DNA of 63,466 nt, filler included, from Albugo candida (Eukaryota), in NCBI GenBank assembly GCA_040437565.1. It is 40 parts of 40 records of this genome, joined end to end, with 100 filler letters (N's around TTAATTAATTAA, not from the genome) between each part and the next. Parts side by side here need not be neighbours in the genome. Positions count along the whole stretch, not along the records: positions 9,873 to 11,403 come from JBDOQK010000478.1; positions 11,504 to 13,034 come from JBDOQK010000479.1; positions 13,135 to 14,665 come from JBDOQK010000480.1; positions 14,766 to 16,293 come from JBDOQK010000481.1; positions 16,394 to 17,918 come from JBDOQK010000482.1; positions 18,019 to 19,541 come from JBDOQK010000483.1; positions 19,642 to 21,162 come from JBDOQK010000484.1; positions 21,263 to 22,780 come from JBDOQK010000485.1; 32 more parts are not named here. One strand, 5' to 3'. Position numbers and translations under genes: made by a program. Shown piece by piece: positions 10,408 through 23,757 of the stretch. Numbering within the stretch: position 1 is the stretch's first letter; every line of letters starts with the position of its first letter. The notes under the pieces were generated by a model. It saw nothing but the letters and a program-made list of their open reading frames with translations, had not been told where the DNA came from and searched no databases.

Positions 10408-11403
10408 TTAAAAAAATAAAGGCGACCAATCTTTGAGGTTGTTTTTTATGCAGTATGCTTGATGTCCTGGATAAAGATCAGGAATAATTTTAGAATATCT
10501 AGCTCCTTTTTTAAATTCAATCAAGTAGAGATGAGCGGAATAAAGTTGTAAAAAGATAGGAGCTACTTTTGTTGGTTCGCTGTAATAAGGGACAAATGTT
10601 GCTTTCTGGGAACGTGAAACAAAAACAAGTGCTCTTTTGTACGTTTCACATGCAATTCTTGGATGTTCAGGAAAGCAGAAGTAAAACTCAGAGTGCACTT
10701 GTTCCTGTCTACACTCAAGAATTTTAATAGCATTGGCCAAAGCATCAGCACCGAGTAACTTTACATACCTATCAAAGTTAACTTCGTCGTTAACATTATC
10801 TAACATGTCCTGTTTCACTTGCTTCCATTGATTTTGGTCACCATAAATTTCGTGCGCTAAGCAACGAAATCCACAGTTTCCATCCGGTTTAGGATTTAAG
10901 ATAGACTCAACGTATCTAGGCTCGATTGTGTCATCAATTATCTTCATTTCATATTGAAAACAGGAGATTTTTTTACAATCAGCTTTAGCTGTTTTTTGAG
11001 AAGAAAAGGTAGTAGTTGATGATTGAGAGGAGAAGGTAGACGTACGTTGAAAAGATTGCGATCTATATAATTTTTTTATTTGAAAATTAGAATATCATGT
11101 TAGCTTGTATTTTTGGCAAAACACTTACAATTGTGAACTAATAGGAGTAGAAGAGCAGAAATCGTTAGATGTTTTTTGTTTTTTGTAGTTGTTTTTGATT
11201 TCATCATATAAATGTTCAAGGCTTATTTTTTCTCTTTTTGTATTTTTGTTTCGACCCTTTTGTGAAATTACAATTGAAGGTGGATCTATTTTTTCTAATT
11301 TTATGGCATGGCTACTGATATTGCAGACCATGTTTAAATTTTTTAGCAAATTTTGTTTTTCTTGAACTGATCTAGAAGCGTTGAATTCTTCATTAATACG
11401 GTT
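10408..11403 (-). mobile_element. MULE-type transposase C-terminus fused to an OTU cysteine protease (intron 11063..11128), 5' partial
   Basis: KGRNKNTKREKISLEH (KGRxxxTKR motif of MULE C-termini) spliced in frame to DGNCGFRCLA..IYGDQNQW..V (OTU Asp/Cys) and a SAHLY His. Confidence 0.75.
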
Positions 11404-11570
11404 NNNNNNNNNNNNNNNNNNNNNNNNNNNNNNNNNNNNNNNNNNNNTTAATTAATTAANNNNNNNNNNNNNNNNNNNNNNNNNNNNNNNNNNNNNNNNN
11501 NNNCGAGTTATGATTGGCTAAAAGAAGTACCCTTATTTGAAAAAATGTTATAAGAAGCGGTTTTACAATG

Positions 11571-11935
11571 TTAAGATTGGCTAGGTCTATATCTAAATCT
11601 ACTGCTGCGGTGTTGTTGGCGCTGCATGCATTTGCTGCACAATGACAGCAAGCTGGCCTTCGTAAGCAAGGTGGACTGCTGAATCAACTGAGAGTAGATC
11701 ACCTGCACTAAAAGAATTGTCAGATAGATACAACTTTTGCCAACACAATTAGTACCAATACAAATTACCTGTTGACACAGAGATCCGTTTTTGAGAGCAG
11801 CATGGATGCTCTCCACCAAAAATGTTAGCACATGCCCACAATGCCGCTTATTGTGTAGGATAGCAAAATAACGCTCCTTGTAAACGAGCCAAGTTGTCTC
11901 AAGGTATCTCATCCAAGCAGCGAAGATGGCATGCT
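11571..11935 (-). pseudogene. Internally deleted, decayed MULE transposase
   Basis: YLETTWLVYKERYF...RHCGH.LT.LVESIHAALK motif; its 3' end GCAGTAGATTTAGATATAGAC matches the element end near 48955..48975. Confidence 0.75.
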
Positions 11936-11994
11936 GAAAGTTGGGCCTGATGAGTTAAAGTGTGATTTGATTGTATTTTATTCCGTTGCATCTA

Positions 11995-12266
11995 TTCAGA
12001 CCAATCAGCGGTCCCGATTTCCACTAATTTATGAAGGGTTGGGCTGGATAACGATTCTCGTAATTTTGTTTTATTTTTTTTTATTTTTTTTTGTTAAAAC
12101 CAATCGGAGGCCACCAATATATTAATTTATGGAGGCTGGAGCTGGTTAGCGGCTCCTTTGATTTATTCTGTTATATTTGTTTAAGCCAATCAGAGGCCAC
12201 GAATCTATTGATTTACGGAGGTTGGGTGCTGATTACAAAAATGGTGGGGGCTGAATAACGATTCCC
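11995..12266. repeat. MULE long TIR built of three ~85-105 nt subrepeats (CCAATCAGAGGCCAC...ATTTATGGAGG), ending GCTGAATAACGATTCCC
   Basis: Same subrepeats and an identical 17-nt terminus at 49217..49233. Confidence 0.8.
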
Positions 12267-14511
12267 TCTTTTTATAATTCCTAAAAATCAAATGCACCGT
12301 CCTTTCCAGATTCGTGTCCGTCACAGTAGTTTAAACATGGTCATTTATCTAGGATTAGGATCGGAGTTGCAGTTACAATCGATGCCGCATCCGAACCGAT
12401 GTTCTTCGAGTGCAAAAAAATCATCGAATGATCCTTACTTTGTGAGCTGTTTTTCAAACCTTTGCATGACGAATGCGTTCGTCGTGATCGTAGCACTGTC
12501 TTCAGAAGTATCAAACGTGCGCACTGAAATGAACGACAATTTCAATCTTCAGATGATTTGCAGCGTCGCCATCTGTGAGAATTTGCTGATAATACTTCCG
12601 TGCCGGAAGAAGTAAATGTTGGCACAATTGCACATGCAACATGCGTCCAACGTGGTCGAGATGGACAAAACCTATCCCAAGTAGGTAGACTCTCCTTCTG
12701 TGTGATCATACTCGAGGAAGAGAATGAAGGGGTCCCAGGGTGCCGCAAGAAGGCTGCGTACACAATATAATGTCGGAATGACTATCCTTCAAAAACTAGC
12801 AACGAGTTCGAACTGGCAACATCCAAAAAGCTAGACGAAACTGTAAATCTTCGAAAATTGGCAGTACATGTTTCCAAAGATGTCGTGATGTAGCAATAAA
12901 TGTTCTCACTCGTTCTGAATCCAGTGCGTCCGATCTCTCCCATGATGACCAATGTCGACATCGGATGACTCTTGGTTGGTTCGGGAGGTTTCCAGACGAT
13001 TCGTGAGAGTTGTGAGCGTAGAATAGATGGAAAANNNNNNNNNNNNNNNNNNNNNNNNNNNNNNNNNNNNNNNNNNNNTTAATTAATTAANNNNNNNNNN
13101 NNNNNNNNNNNNNNNNNNNNNNNNNNNNNNNNNNTTTTTTTTTTTTTTTTTTAATTATGTTGAAAAGTTAATTTGACTAACAAGAAGAGCTACTGCGTAG
13201 TTCTCACTTTTTTTTTGCAATGTTTGAACTGTTGTTATTTCATTGCAATTAATAACAAAATACTTTGAGCTATTCGTCTTTTTTTTTGTATAAATATGGA
13301 TTTATTAGGAAAATAAGTTTCACTTCATTGAGAATGGGGGGAGGGGAGGGTGAAAAAAAGCGGTGCTATTTTACTACTACTTTTCAATAATTTTTTTAAT
13401 CCACCATTAAGAAATGTAATATATTTCGAGTGAGCACGACTTGTATGATAACTCCACGCATACTCAATAGATGAGTTTTTTCTGGAAGCTCATATAAACA
13501 AGTACAGGATTTAACTAGTAAAGAACGTTGTACCCAGGTTTACCCTACCGCCACTTAGTTACGAAACTTTCTGTTTTATCTTGGTTTTTTTTTCTTTTTA
13601 CTGTCTCTATAACAACCCCTGTGTTACCTTTTGTCTTTCCTTTTGCAAAGGGCCAAAAAAGAACACTAAAATGTATTCCTCCAGTCCTATATATATGTAC
13701 TGCTTGTACCTATTATGACGAGCATCAACAAGGAAAACGATCTAGTAAGCGCACTTACTTTATACATAAAAAAGATATCGATAACAACAGAGAAGCATTA
13801 ATAGCACCTGCTGTACATGAAAGTTTAGTTATAAAATATTATATTTGTTTCATACTGTAGTTATGATCTGATTTTTTTTTGAGAAAAGGTGATTATATCT
13901 AAGACATATTTTTTCTTTTTTTCTTTTGCCGAAAAAAGTATATATAGGGGCAAGAAAAAATTTGAAGTTTCAGAAAAAGATTCCAAAAAAATAGTAAGTT
14001 TTTATTTTTTCAACTATTTGCTATTCAATACCTCCTAAAAAATATATTTTTACAGTTGCCACTGGTGATATACCGGCGAAAAAAGTTCTACATAACTAGA
14101 TTAATTCTTTTGATTTACCTAAACATACTTATTAATTTATTAATTTTTTTTAAGTTTCTAATCTCAAGTTGTAGAGGTATGACAGCTAGTTGTCTAAATA
14201 GTTTATACATGCTACTAAATTTTATCTTCATAACAACAAAGCTATCGGTATACTGTTACTCACCACATTTCCCTCCTGGGTTTAGATACAATAAAAAGTC
14301 TTTAGTTTGTACTGTACGGCAATATGCTTGAGGTATGCCACAAAGTAATTGAAGGTAATGTATTTAATTTTCTGTGACAGCACGCTATTATAGCAATGAT
14401 CTCCCTCTGTATCCTTACATTATACTTTATTTCCCTAAACATATATACCAACGTCTTCAATTATAATATAATAAAAAATCTTTTTTAATAATTAAAATAT
14501 ACATGTAATTG

Positions 14512-14590
14512 AGTCCATTTAAATCGATTGAAATCCATTCGAGTCCCATTTAATTCCATTTAATCCCATTTAATTCCATTTCATCCCATC
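14512..14590. repeat. Short degenerate tandem repeat, about 10-nt unit (T/C)CCATTTAA(T)
   Basis: cccatttaattccatttaatcccatttaattccattt read directly. Confidence 0.7.
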
Positions 14591-14765
14591 AAAGCCGACT
14601 AAAGCCCTTCTAAGCAGCAGTATTATTGGAAGTAATGATTAATATTACATCTAGAAGTCCAATCANNNNNNNNNNNNNNNNNNNNNNNNNNNNNNNNNNN
14701 NNNNNNNNNTTAATTAATTAANNNNNNNNNNNNNNNNNNNNNNNNNNNNNNNNNNNNNNNNNNNN

Positions 14766-15063
14766 TTTGGCAAGACAAAAGAGGTCTATTGATGAGTTGT
14801 TTGACAACTTTTCAAATCAATTGAAGGAGCATGATGCTATGCTCGCAAAGCGATCTTGCGTCCAACAAGAAGCTATCGATGCTCAAATTGCTTGTCAAGA
14901 TGCCTCTAGTATCGATGATCCTATTCGCCGTGCCATCATCATTGAGATGCAAGCAGATTTGCTTGATCGTCTTCGTGCCCGTCGCGCCGCCAGAGAAATG
15001 GAGAATGCGGAAGAAGAAGAAAACGTTGAGGAAGAAATGCAGGAAGAAGAAACAGAGGAATAA
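14766..15063 (+). CDS. 3' end of the probable Harbinger accessory (Myb/NAM-type ORF2) gene
   Basis: Coiled-coil then acidic tail; convergent with the transposase (93-nt gap), the usual two-gene Harbinger layout; the Myb domain itself is not on the contig. Confidence 0.55.
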
Positions 15064-15156
15064 TCTACTATTTAAATTAGTTATAATAAAACCTACCGTA
15101 TTAAATTTTGATATGAATTATATTTATTATTTTCTTTTTTGATAAATGACTAAAAA

Positions 15157-16293
15157 CTATTGTTGCTGTTGTTGCTTTCTCGTCCAAGAATGTATCTTCA
15201 AATCAACTTGAAGCTGCTTGCATTTGACAGGATCGCGAATGTTCATGTGATTTTGGAGAAATTCGGAAAAGTCAATCACGTCAGTGGGTTGAGGAACAGT
15301 TTCCATTCTAACACCAGCAGCATCATCGTAGTCCGTAATGGGCGTGTCGTTAGTTTCATCCTCTATAATCATATTATGAAGGATGATGCATGTCATCATA
15401 ATTTTATGCAAATCCTCAGGTTTCCACTTTCTGCAAGGATTTCTTACAATAGCAAAACGTGCTTGCAACACCCCAAACGCACGCTCAACATCCTTTCTTG
15501 CCGCCTCTTGCACTTTTGCAAAATGCTACCAAAAAAGTAAAAGTGATATTAGAAGTCAAGTCATTGAAAGTATTGACGCTTACCTTTTCTTTTTCATCTT
15601 GAGGTGGGGAAAATGTTTTGACAAAAGTGGCGTAGTCTGGGTATATACCATCAGCAAGATAATATCCCATATCGTAAGTGTTGCCGTTTACAGTGAACTG
15701 TACAGGAGGAGCGGTACCTTCAGTAAGTTCAGAAAAAACATGAGATCGATCCAAAATATTGATATCGTTGAGCGAACCAGGAGGACCAAAGTAAGCATGC
15801 CAGATTCTCAAGTTTTTAGAGGCAACTGCTTCGAGAACAACTGTTGGCATTTTTTCCTTTCCAATGAACTGCCCATGCCATGCAGTGGGACAGTTCTTCC
15901 AAGTCCAGTGCATACAATCAATTGATCCTAGCATTCCCGGGAGCCCTCTTTCTTCTGCTTCCTCCAATAACTTTGTTATATCCTGTTCGTTAGGAGGTCT
16001 CAAAAATTCCTTACCAAATATGCTAATGATAGCATCACAGAAGTGGTCTAAGCATTCTAGAGCAGTCGACTCTCCTATCTTCAAGTACTCGTCCAATTGA
16101 TCAGCGGCCATTCCATATGCAAGAATACGAACCGCAGCAGTGACTTTTTGAAGTGTTGATATTCCAAGAACTCGAGCTGCATCGTACTTTTGGACAAAGT
16201 ATTTATCATGTTTTGCTACTTCATCCATAATATATAAGTACAAGCTTTTCTTCATACGGAATCTACGTCGAAACTTGACTTCTTTATAAAATG
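15157..16293 (-). mobile_element. PIF/Harbinger transposase (plant-transposon-protein type), intron 15526..15583, 5' partial
   Basis: FRRRFRM...GMLGSIDCMHWTWKNCPTAW.GQF...LEAVAS..L.IWH.YFG.PGSLNDINILDRS...YYLADGIYP...QE.ARKDVERAFGVLQARF...CIILHNMIIEDE. Confidence 0.95.
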
Positions 16294-19200
16294 NNNNNNN
16301 NNNNNNNNNNNNNNNNNNNNNNNNNNNNNNNNNNNNNTTAATTAATTAANNNNNNNNNNNNNNNNNNNNNNNNNNNNNNNNNNNNNNNNNNNNAATTTTT
16401 TACTTTTTCTCACTAAAAAAACTTTACTCCCATTTTCTTTCTTTTTTCTTCCCTTTTTTCTTCCAAAACATTGATCCTATTTAAACAATCATAACAACAA
16501 GACAGTTACAAGTTACAAGGTCAATTAAAATTTTACAGTACGAAGGCATGAAGAGCAAATAAAAAATTTGCATAAAGAATTTGATGAAAAATATGAAGAT
16601 TTTATGAGTTACAATGATTTTGCTGCATTCTAGAATAAGATAAGCGCTAAAAATGATTTTAAATTGCATAGTCGCACCTATATCAGAAGACAAGCATATG
16701 AACTTCTTTATTTAAGAGATGGACCAACATAAATATTGTGTCACCATTTAATTGATAATTTCAGTGGGGTTCCTAATACAATCAAATTATTAATCAAAAG
16801 ATGAAACTTGTGTCTCTACATTATACATACAGAAGTAAATGATTTAAAAAGCCATTAAAAAGATGATTATGTATGGACAGAACAAGAGAAGAGCGACTAG
16901 CTATGTTTGTATCAGCAGCTCACGGCTTGTAATTGAATAAAGCTTTTTTATTCAACCCCAATTTCGTGCATATAACGTACTCTTCTTTTTCGTACAGTAA
17001 AAAGTAAAATTTAAAAATTGAATATATATGCTTCTTTTATAAATGTTGTTAAATATAATCAATTGGTAGCAGCTTTATTCAACTTGACATTTATTATAAT
17101 CAACAACAAAAACACATCAACAGTAATTGTACTCATTGTAACAAATTTACTAAGAGAACTGCTAGCTTTATTGAAATCAAGAGGTATCTTTTTGTATAAT
17201 TCAAATATCCAAGTATCAATTTAATTTGCAAAAAGTTAATATGTATTTATCTGTATAACCATTTATTTGTCGACTAACTTTGGCATTATTAGGTACGTAG
17301 AAGTTAGCCCTGCATTTCTTTACAAATAAAAGTGAAAAAACCATTTCATAAAAGGACGAACAATGTGTAATTTTTCTTTATTTAACAAAGAACAACGAAT
17401 GATACGTTGTACCTCCTTGTTTTCTTTCCCTTTCCAAATCCTTTTACATTTTACTGCTAACCTGCATTTATTTAACAAAATAAGTTGAGAGTCTAATTCT
17501 AATTGCGTTTTCTAGAAAGAATGAGTAAACCGTCTCCTTCTCATTCATTTTATACACCGATTATTAAACTGCCTATATTACGATCGCCTTATAAACCGAT
17601 TATAGTATCGTCCGCATTACGATCATTTTTTGAAAACACGCGAAGAAGAGGGTATACGACGAAACTGCTTTTTGAAAATACAATATGAATAAGATGTACA
17701 TCGTAATCACTATTTAAAAACAAGATGAGAACAATGGTAAAAGTGTGTAAGACGCGTTATATTGTTACCCGTTGTTGTTAGTCTAAAATAACGCATTACG
17801 TTGTCATTCCGTGCTCTAATTAGTAATTTTTTTAAAAGGTAAACAGGCAAAGCTATGCATTGTCAGCTTGAATTAGATTTAGAATATAAAATGAACCTAA
17901 AGATGAGTAAAAAAAAAANNNNNNNNNNNNNNNNNNNNNNNNNNNNNNNNNNNNNNNNNNNNTTAATTAATTAANNNNNNNNNNNNNNNNNNNNNNNNNN
18001 NNNNNNNNNNNNNNNNNNGAGAGACTTTGTTTTTTTTATATGTGATCTATTAGCAAAGTTAGGAACTCGTTCATCGAATTAATCTTGCGCTTGTAGCCAT
18101 AACGTTTTGATATCTTGCAAAAGCAGTCTAATAGCGGCGCGAATTGAGAATAGAATAGTGTTATTATTGCAGCTACCGATTGTCCTACTTGCCGCTCTAA
18201 TCCTCCAAATCTAATCTTTGCACATTGCTTTAATGTACTCTCCGCCGATCCCGAAAAAATTCAGCGTTTGCGAAAACTGCCAAAATACACAAATACACAT
18301 GGAGCCGTAATCGCGATATTTTATATCTTCATGTGTTCTTGAGCATCGCTGCAGTTTATGCTGACGACACTTTCCCTTATTCGAATCCTTATAGTACGCA
18401 GATGATGTATTTTGGTCAACTTTCTGCTCGAACTCAGGTGCCTAATTGTTTTTCAGATCTTTCGGCTGGGATACACATAATTTATTCACAGTAAAGCATT
18501 ATGAACGCTCGCGATGGACAAAAAATTGCATAATTTGCTGCAATTCAATCGTTCGTTATCCTTTCAAACTAGTTCAAACTAGTATTTACTCACTTTGTGT
18601 ACCATTATTTTGTACATCATACGGACTTGCACAGGTCTGGTACGGGAAAGAATGCGATGAAGTCCAATATGAAGCTCCAATTCAATAATCCTAGTCCTGA
18701 TTTTATTGTACAATTTCTACCTCAAATACTGCAATGATCATTTATGTGCAAGGAAAAGTTCAGGTAATTATATTTATATGCAAACTAATTACAAAACTGG
18801 GTATAACATCAATTTGAAAAAAGAATGACGAAAATCCTCAGGTTCAATTCACTCAAGTGTTTCAGCTGATCGCCATCGCCTCAGGACAATATTATATCCA
18901 CAATGATATATTTCGCTTTCAATATGGTTAAAGGCGTCTTAGCTCAAAGATTACACTTATTCTTACGCATAGAATTCTTTGTGAAGTTGTTATGCACAAC
19001 TTGATCGTCAAATCAACCACACGGATAGAGTACATTCCCCACGCGATTACTGTGTGCTGATCGTTGAGAAGCAAAAATAGCTGTGGGAAGATTTCTGGAT
19101 GAAGAATATCTTGCCGGCAAGCGATGTACCAAGGCGTCGTGTTGAGTTCCGTGGGAATAGATCGATAAGCAAACGCAACGCAAGATTTCGCTGTGAAGTT

Positions 19201-21722
19201 TGGGCGGACTTTGGCATCGCGTCAGCACACCACGCTGCCGGCTTTTGTATTAGCTGCTGATACCGATCAATCTCAACTATTTATTATCGCGTAAAATAGC
19301 GAGTCTTGCGCACCACGTCGCCAAAAAAGATGTTTATCAGACTCGATGCAGCTGTTCGATATGCTTGCGCTCATCGAATGAGACGCATTAACAAATTCTG
19401 ACAGCGCGTGGAATCGTAAAGGATGCTTCAGCGTAACACGTCAGTGAATCGCCGTCAATTAGGGCTCATCGAGCACCCTATTGCTTCTTCTAACTTCTTT
19501 CGGAACGCATATTGTTAACTAATAAGCGCATTAAATATATCNNNNNNNNNNNNNNNNNNNNNNNNNNNNNNNNNNNNNNNNNNNNTTAATTAATTAANNN
19601 NNNNNNNNNNNNNNNNNNNNNNNNNNNNNNNNNNNNNNNNNTTCACACACATCATAGATTCCAGCAAACTTTGCTGGCCAAACCACGCGGGGGATTCACA
19701 TCACACATGGACGAGTTTTTCCACCAGCGGGTGTATACTTTTTTTAGTGCCAAAGCTGGAATGTAGAGCTTCGAAGTAGCTCCACAATGAAATTTATCTC
19801 AACACAGTCGAGTTTGGAAGAAACGATACCTCGATCATATTTGCACAGCGATAAATGGATTGCTTTTTTGCAAAGCATGGGCTCGTGATGGCGGATTCCG
19901 TTCGGTGTTTTTCCAGTTTCTGCGTTCTCTATCTTCTCCTTAAAAATGAATTATGGTGCCCAAGACAACACTGATTTTGTTCTATCGACGAGACTCCGTG
20001 GTGAGAACTTGATCAAGTAGGTTACTGTCACCATCATCCACAGATAATCCAGAAGCTTCAACGACATGGGCGCTTCCTCCTCACTTGAACCAATGCATGA
20101 ACAAATTGGTCTACTGCGTAAACAGCATGGTCTTCTAGCTCATGGACAGCACGGATTCATTCTCCGTCAATAATACACGGCACCCATATAACTTTCGATA
20201 GTGGTAATCGATTCAGAGCTGTGGCAAAGATAGTTGTCCTGTCCGATCCCATCAATCGCTACAATACCCAAAAGCTATGGCTTGATGGTTTCTTATGGTA
20301 TGTTTTATTACACCGTCATTCATCAAGAAAGCGAAAAGAAGTTGCACTCTGTGAAGAAGGTTAAGAATCCAGAAGAGAGAAAGCAAAAATGACAGACAAT
20401 TTGCAGAAGCGTGGGATAGGACTATTTCGCCTACGAGATCAAATTCCAACCTTCCGTGAAGGACAAGAGCGCAACCTGTTCAATAAGATGATCGTGTCCG
20501 ACCCATCCAGAAGAGCAGTCAGTGCCTATCGGCTACATCACCTCTCATGCAGAACTTGACGATCAAACTGAAGATAGAGCGAGATCTATTTCGACCCCTT
20601 ATGTCGATTTTGAAATGGTAATACAGAGCGTGTAAGCGTATTTTTACGGTAATTCTGAAAATCGATTTGAGCATATGGGCTTTGTACAATATGAACGTTC
20701 TAGTGCTCTTCCAATAGCCTGATCAAATTGTAGCAGTGCATGCTCCTTGAGCTATCGTCGAACGGATCTGCTGTCATATAATTGTTGAAGCAATACTGTG
20801 AGACATGTCGGAAAGAGTGATTAAATGATGTGATTGTAGAAGCGAGTTGGAAAAGTAGGTTTGGAGTTGAGTTGTAGAAGTGATTTACGTGGCGCTGTGC
20901 TAGCCTTATTCAATTGTCGATGAATATGCGTTGCTCAATACTCAAGAAAGTTATCTCTTATTTGGCGCAACAGACTACAGAAGTAGCCACCATTCACGGA
21001 AAGGTTGCACTAAGAATAATCCGACTAGCACAGCTTGAATATTGGAGATAAACCGGTACAAGGCGGTTGCGTCCATTTTCTTAGCGAGACACAACACTTA
21101 ATTTGGCGGAAAGGATTTTCCTCTCACCGGGAAACCGTGTGGAATGTATCATAAGAAGCCATNNNNNNNNNNNNNNNNNNNNNNNNNNNNNNNNNNNNNN
21201 NNNNNNTTAATTAATTAANNNNNNNNNNNNNNNNNNNNNNNNNNNNNNNNNNNNNNNNNNNNTCATTAACCATATACGTATGGTCTAGTGACTTGGTTCT
21301 GCAAAAATATCTCCCCATAGACTCTATTTACTAAATTTCTGCAAAAAAAAAGACAAAAAAATACGAAGCAAAAACGCGCGGCTGCTCCGTCGAACTCCGT
21401 TTTCTCAAGCATTCACACTATGATACTACCATTCCACCTTCGCTATTTCAGAAAGAAATAAATTTTTTAGCACTTACACAAATTTAATTTGAAAAAAAAA
21501 ATATCACGTGATTGTCCGGTAATTTTCCGGCTAACTCTGAGTTGCTACCGGGTTATTTTGTCAATTTCGATAAACTACAGACCTGGTAAATTTAAATTTC
21601 TCTATACTACCCCTTGTCTCTAAACTACATTTTTTTTTCTATTTCTCATCCTAATTGACAATCTCAGGCCTAAATTCAGCTACATATTCCCATCATCTAC
21701 TTTTTTGTTAATTCTATTCTTC

Positions 21723-22705
21723 ATGGTCTCTTTTTTTATTCACATTAGCTGTCTTGGTAAACCAACTGTAAAGATGATGAAATAATCTAACTTATATCCT
21801 TTCTTTTTTAGTTGTGCTCGTATGGGAAAAAAGCGCAGGTATAACATTTTTTCCTTCTTTGAAGCTCGCTTGTATGGCCAACTAATATTATTCTTAGATT
21901 CGCTAGAATATTAAAATCTTACTTGGTATATACTGGTATTAACCCTAGTTCTGGTTAATTGTGTTCAAGAACTGCTGGTGGCTTTACGGAACCTGGTCGG
22001 TGGTATCTAGTATATAAAAGAGGTAAACTGACGTTCTCTGCTGTAGTTTACCATGTTTTAAAAGATCTTTATCCTTCTATAGTAGACAAGCTCAAGCAAG
22101 ACTACTTATAATAGTAAGTACACTGAAGGAAGCAGTCGTTGTATTATGATACTGATTTTTATTTAATATTTATTTTAGTTAATTGCTAACATCTTTTGAT
22201 ATATATCGTAAGTACTTTCTTATTATATACCTATAATTACAAACACTCATTGCTTTTGTCATATAGAATTTATTAGCCAAGTGGTATTACTTTATGGTAA
22301 ACATTTTATTTAAATATGATATTATGTTTCTTTTTTTTTTAACAACTCTTGTACTGGCAGATTTGCCTCTTACTTTTGTGTTTCTCTTCTTGGGCGTTAG
22401 GACTACCAATAAATGCAGATAATGTAAGATCGTTGCAATAGTAATTTATTTCTGATGTAAATAATTTAATAATACTTTTCTTTAGCGATATTTACTTTCT
22501 CGATCTTTGGTAATACTTTCTTTCAGTTGTTTCCTGGCTATGTTTCCCTGCTGCAATATTTAGTGTTCAAAGCTGCCCAAGATATCAAGCCTGCCTACCT
22601 AGGATATCAAGCATACCTACCTAGGATATCAAGCATACCTACCTAGGATATCAAGCCTGCCTATCTAGGATATCAAGCCTGCCTACCAGTAGTAGCAAGG
22701 TAAGT
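21723..22705 (+). other. Putative multi-intron, micro-exon transcript without a long ORF
   Basis: Six 55-65 nt GT..AG segments (21757..21811, 21839..21897, 22114..22178, 22208..22266, 22297..22360, 22424..22485), most with branch-like motifs; another GTAAGT donor at 22700. Confidence 0.45.
22581..22687. repeat. 22-bp minisatellite GATATCAAGC(C/A)T(G/A)CCTACCTAG, about 4.9 copies
   Basis: Head-to-tail units start at 22581, 22603, 22625, 22647 and 22669. Confidence 0.95.
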
Positions 22706-22880
22706 ATGATATCATAGCACCTAGCAGTGATTGGCCTAAATGCTGCTGTCAAGGTCCAGTAATAGTGTAGTATTAGTGTANNNNNNNNNNNNNNNNNNNN
22801 NNNNNNNNNNNNNNNNNNNNNNNNTTAATTAATTAANNNNNNNNNNNNNNNNNNNNNNNNNNNNNNNNNNNNNNNNNNNN

Positions 22881-23596
22881 ATTTATATAAAGAATCACAA
22901 CGTCAATTAGAAATTGCATTGAATCCCGTCTTTGCTTGCATTTCCACCAAAAATAATTTTCGTATCATGTCACACAATGTTCAAAGCATCAATGCACATT
23001 TAAATCAGATTATCAATGATCAAGTTTACTTATCTTCTGATATAATCCTATTGAATGAAACATGGACATTATCAAGTGATAATTTCGAAATCCCTGGTTT
23101 TCATTTAGCTGCTGCCGTTCATTGTCCTAATAGCACAAGAAAAGCTCTTGGTTCCTGTTGTTATATTACCAACTCTTTAGTTGAAAATATAACATACAGC
23201 GAGTCCAAACTTTTTACTTATCAACAAAACAATTCTTCTGTTAGTGTTTCTATGGTTTTAATTCAAGATAATTTGTATTGTAGTGTATACGCTTCTCCTT
23301 CTGTACCTCTGTTGTTACTTTTGCAAGCAATGGGCTATATTCTTGAGCAAAGTTATACACACATTGTCATTGCTGGCGATTTCAATGTAGACTTTGTTCA
23401 AGAATCGTCTAAAAAAACTGCTTTGTTAAGAATATTCAACATGCATGGATTGAAAAGCTGTATTCCCAGCTACATCACTTCAACCACAAAAGGAAATACT
23501 TTTATCGACAATATTTTTACAAATCAAGACACCTTAAATTCTGGAAGATACATTTCTCTAACAAGCTACCACGAACCCTTATGGGTAGAATTGTAA
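22881..23596 (+). mobile_element. C-terminal APE/EEP endonuclease domain, as in Helentron (Helitron2) Rep-Hel-EN proteins, 5' partial
   Basis: IMSHNVQS...DIILLNETW...VYASP...IAGDFNVDF...TT..NTFIDNIFTN...SYHEPLW then stop; the endonuclease ends the ORF, whereas in LINEs RT follows it. Confidence 0.8.
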
Positions 23597-23757
23597 ACCC
23601 CATCACTTTTTTTTATTATCATATATATTTTCTTTTCCCTTTTCTTATTATTAAATATCACCATCATTATTATTATTATTTTTAAATACGTTTGCGTGAT
23701 ATTAATCCAACTGTATTTGTAAAAATCCCAAAAAGAAAAAGATATAAATGAGCAGAG

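Noticed and set aside
12525..12680. Possible Tc1/mariner C-terminal remnant (NERQFQSSDDL...AICEN)
   Set aside because: Too short and frameshifted to call without a profile search.
13135..21162. Short ORFs on contigs 13135..14665, 16394..17918, 18019..19541 and 19642..21162
   Set aside because: No recognisable domains or consistent exon structure; treated as intergenic or decayed DNA.
22581..22687. CRISPR-like appearance of the 22-bp repeat (also 57855..58352 and 60232..60333)
   Set aside because: No unique spacers of constant length, no cas genes, eukaryotic context.
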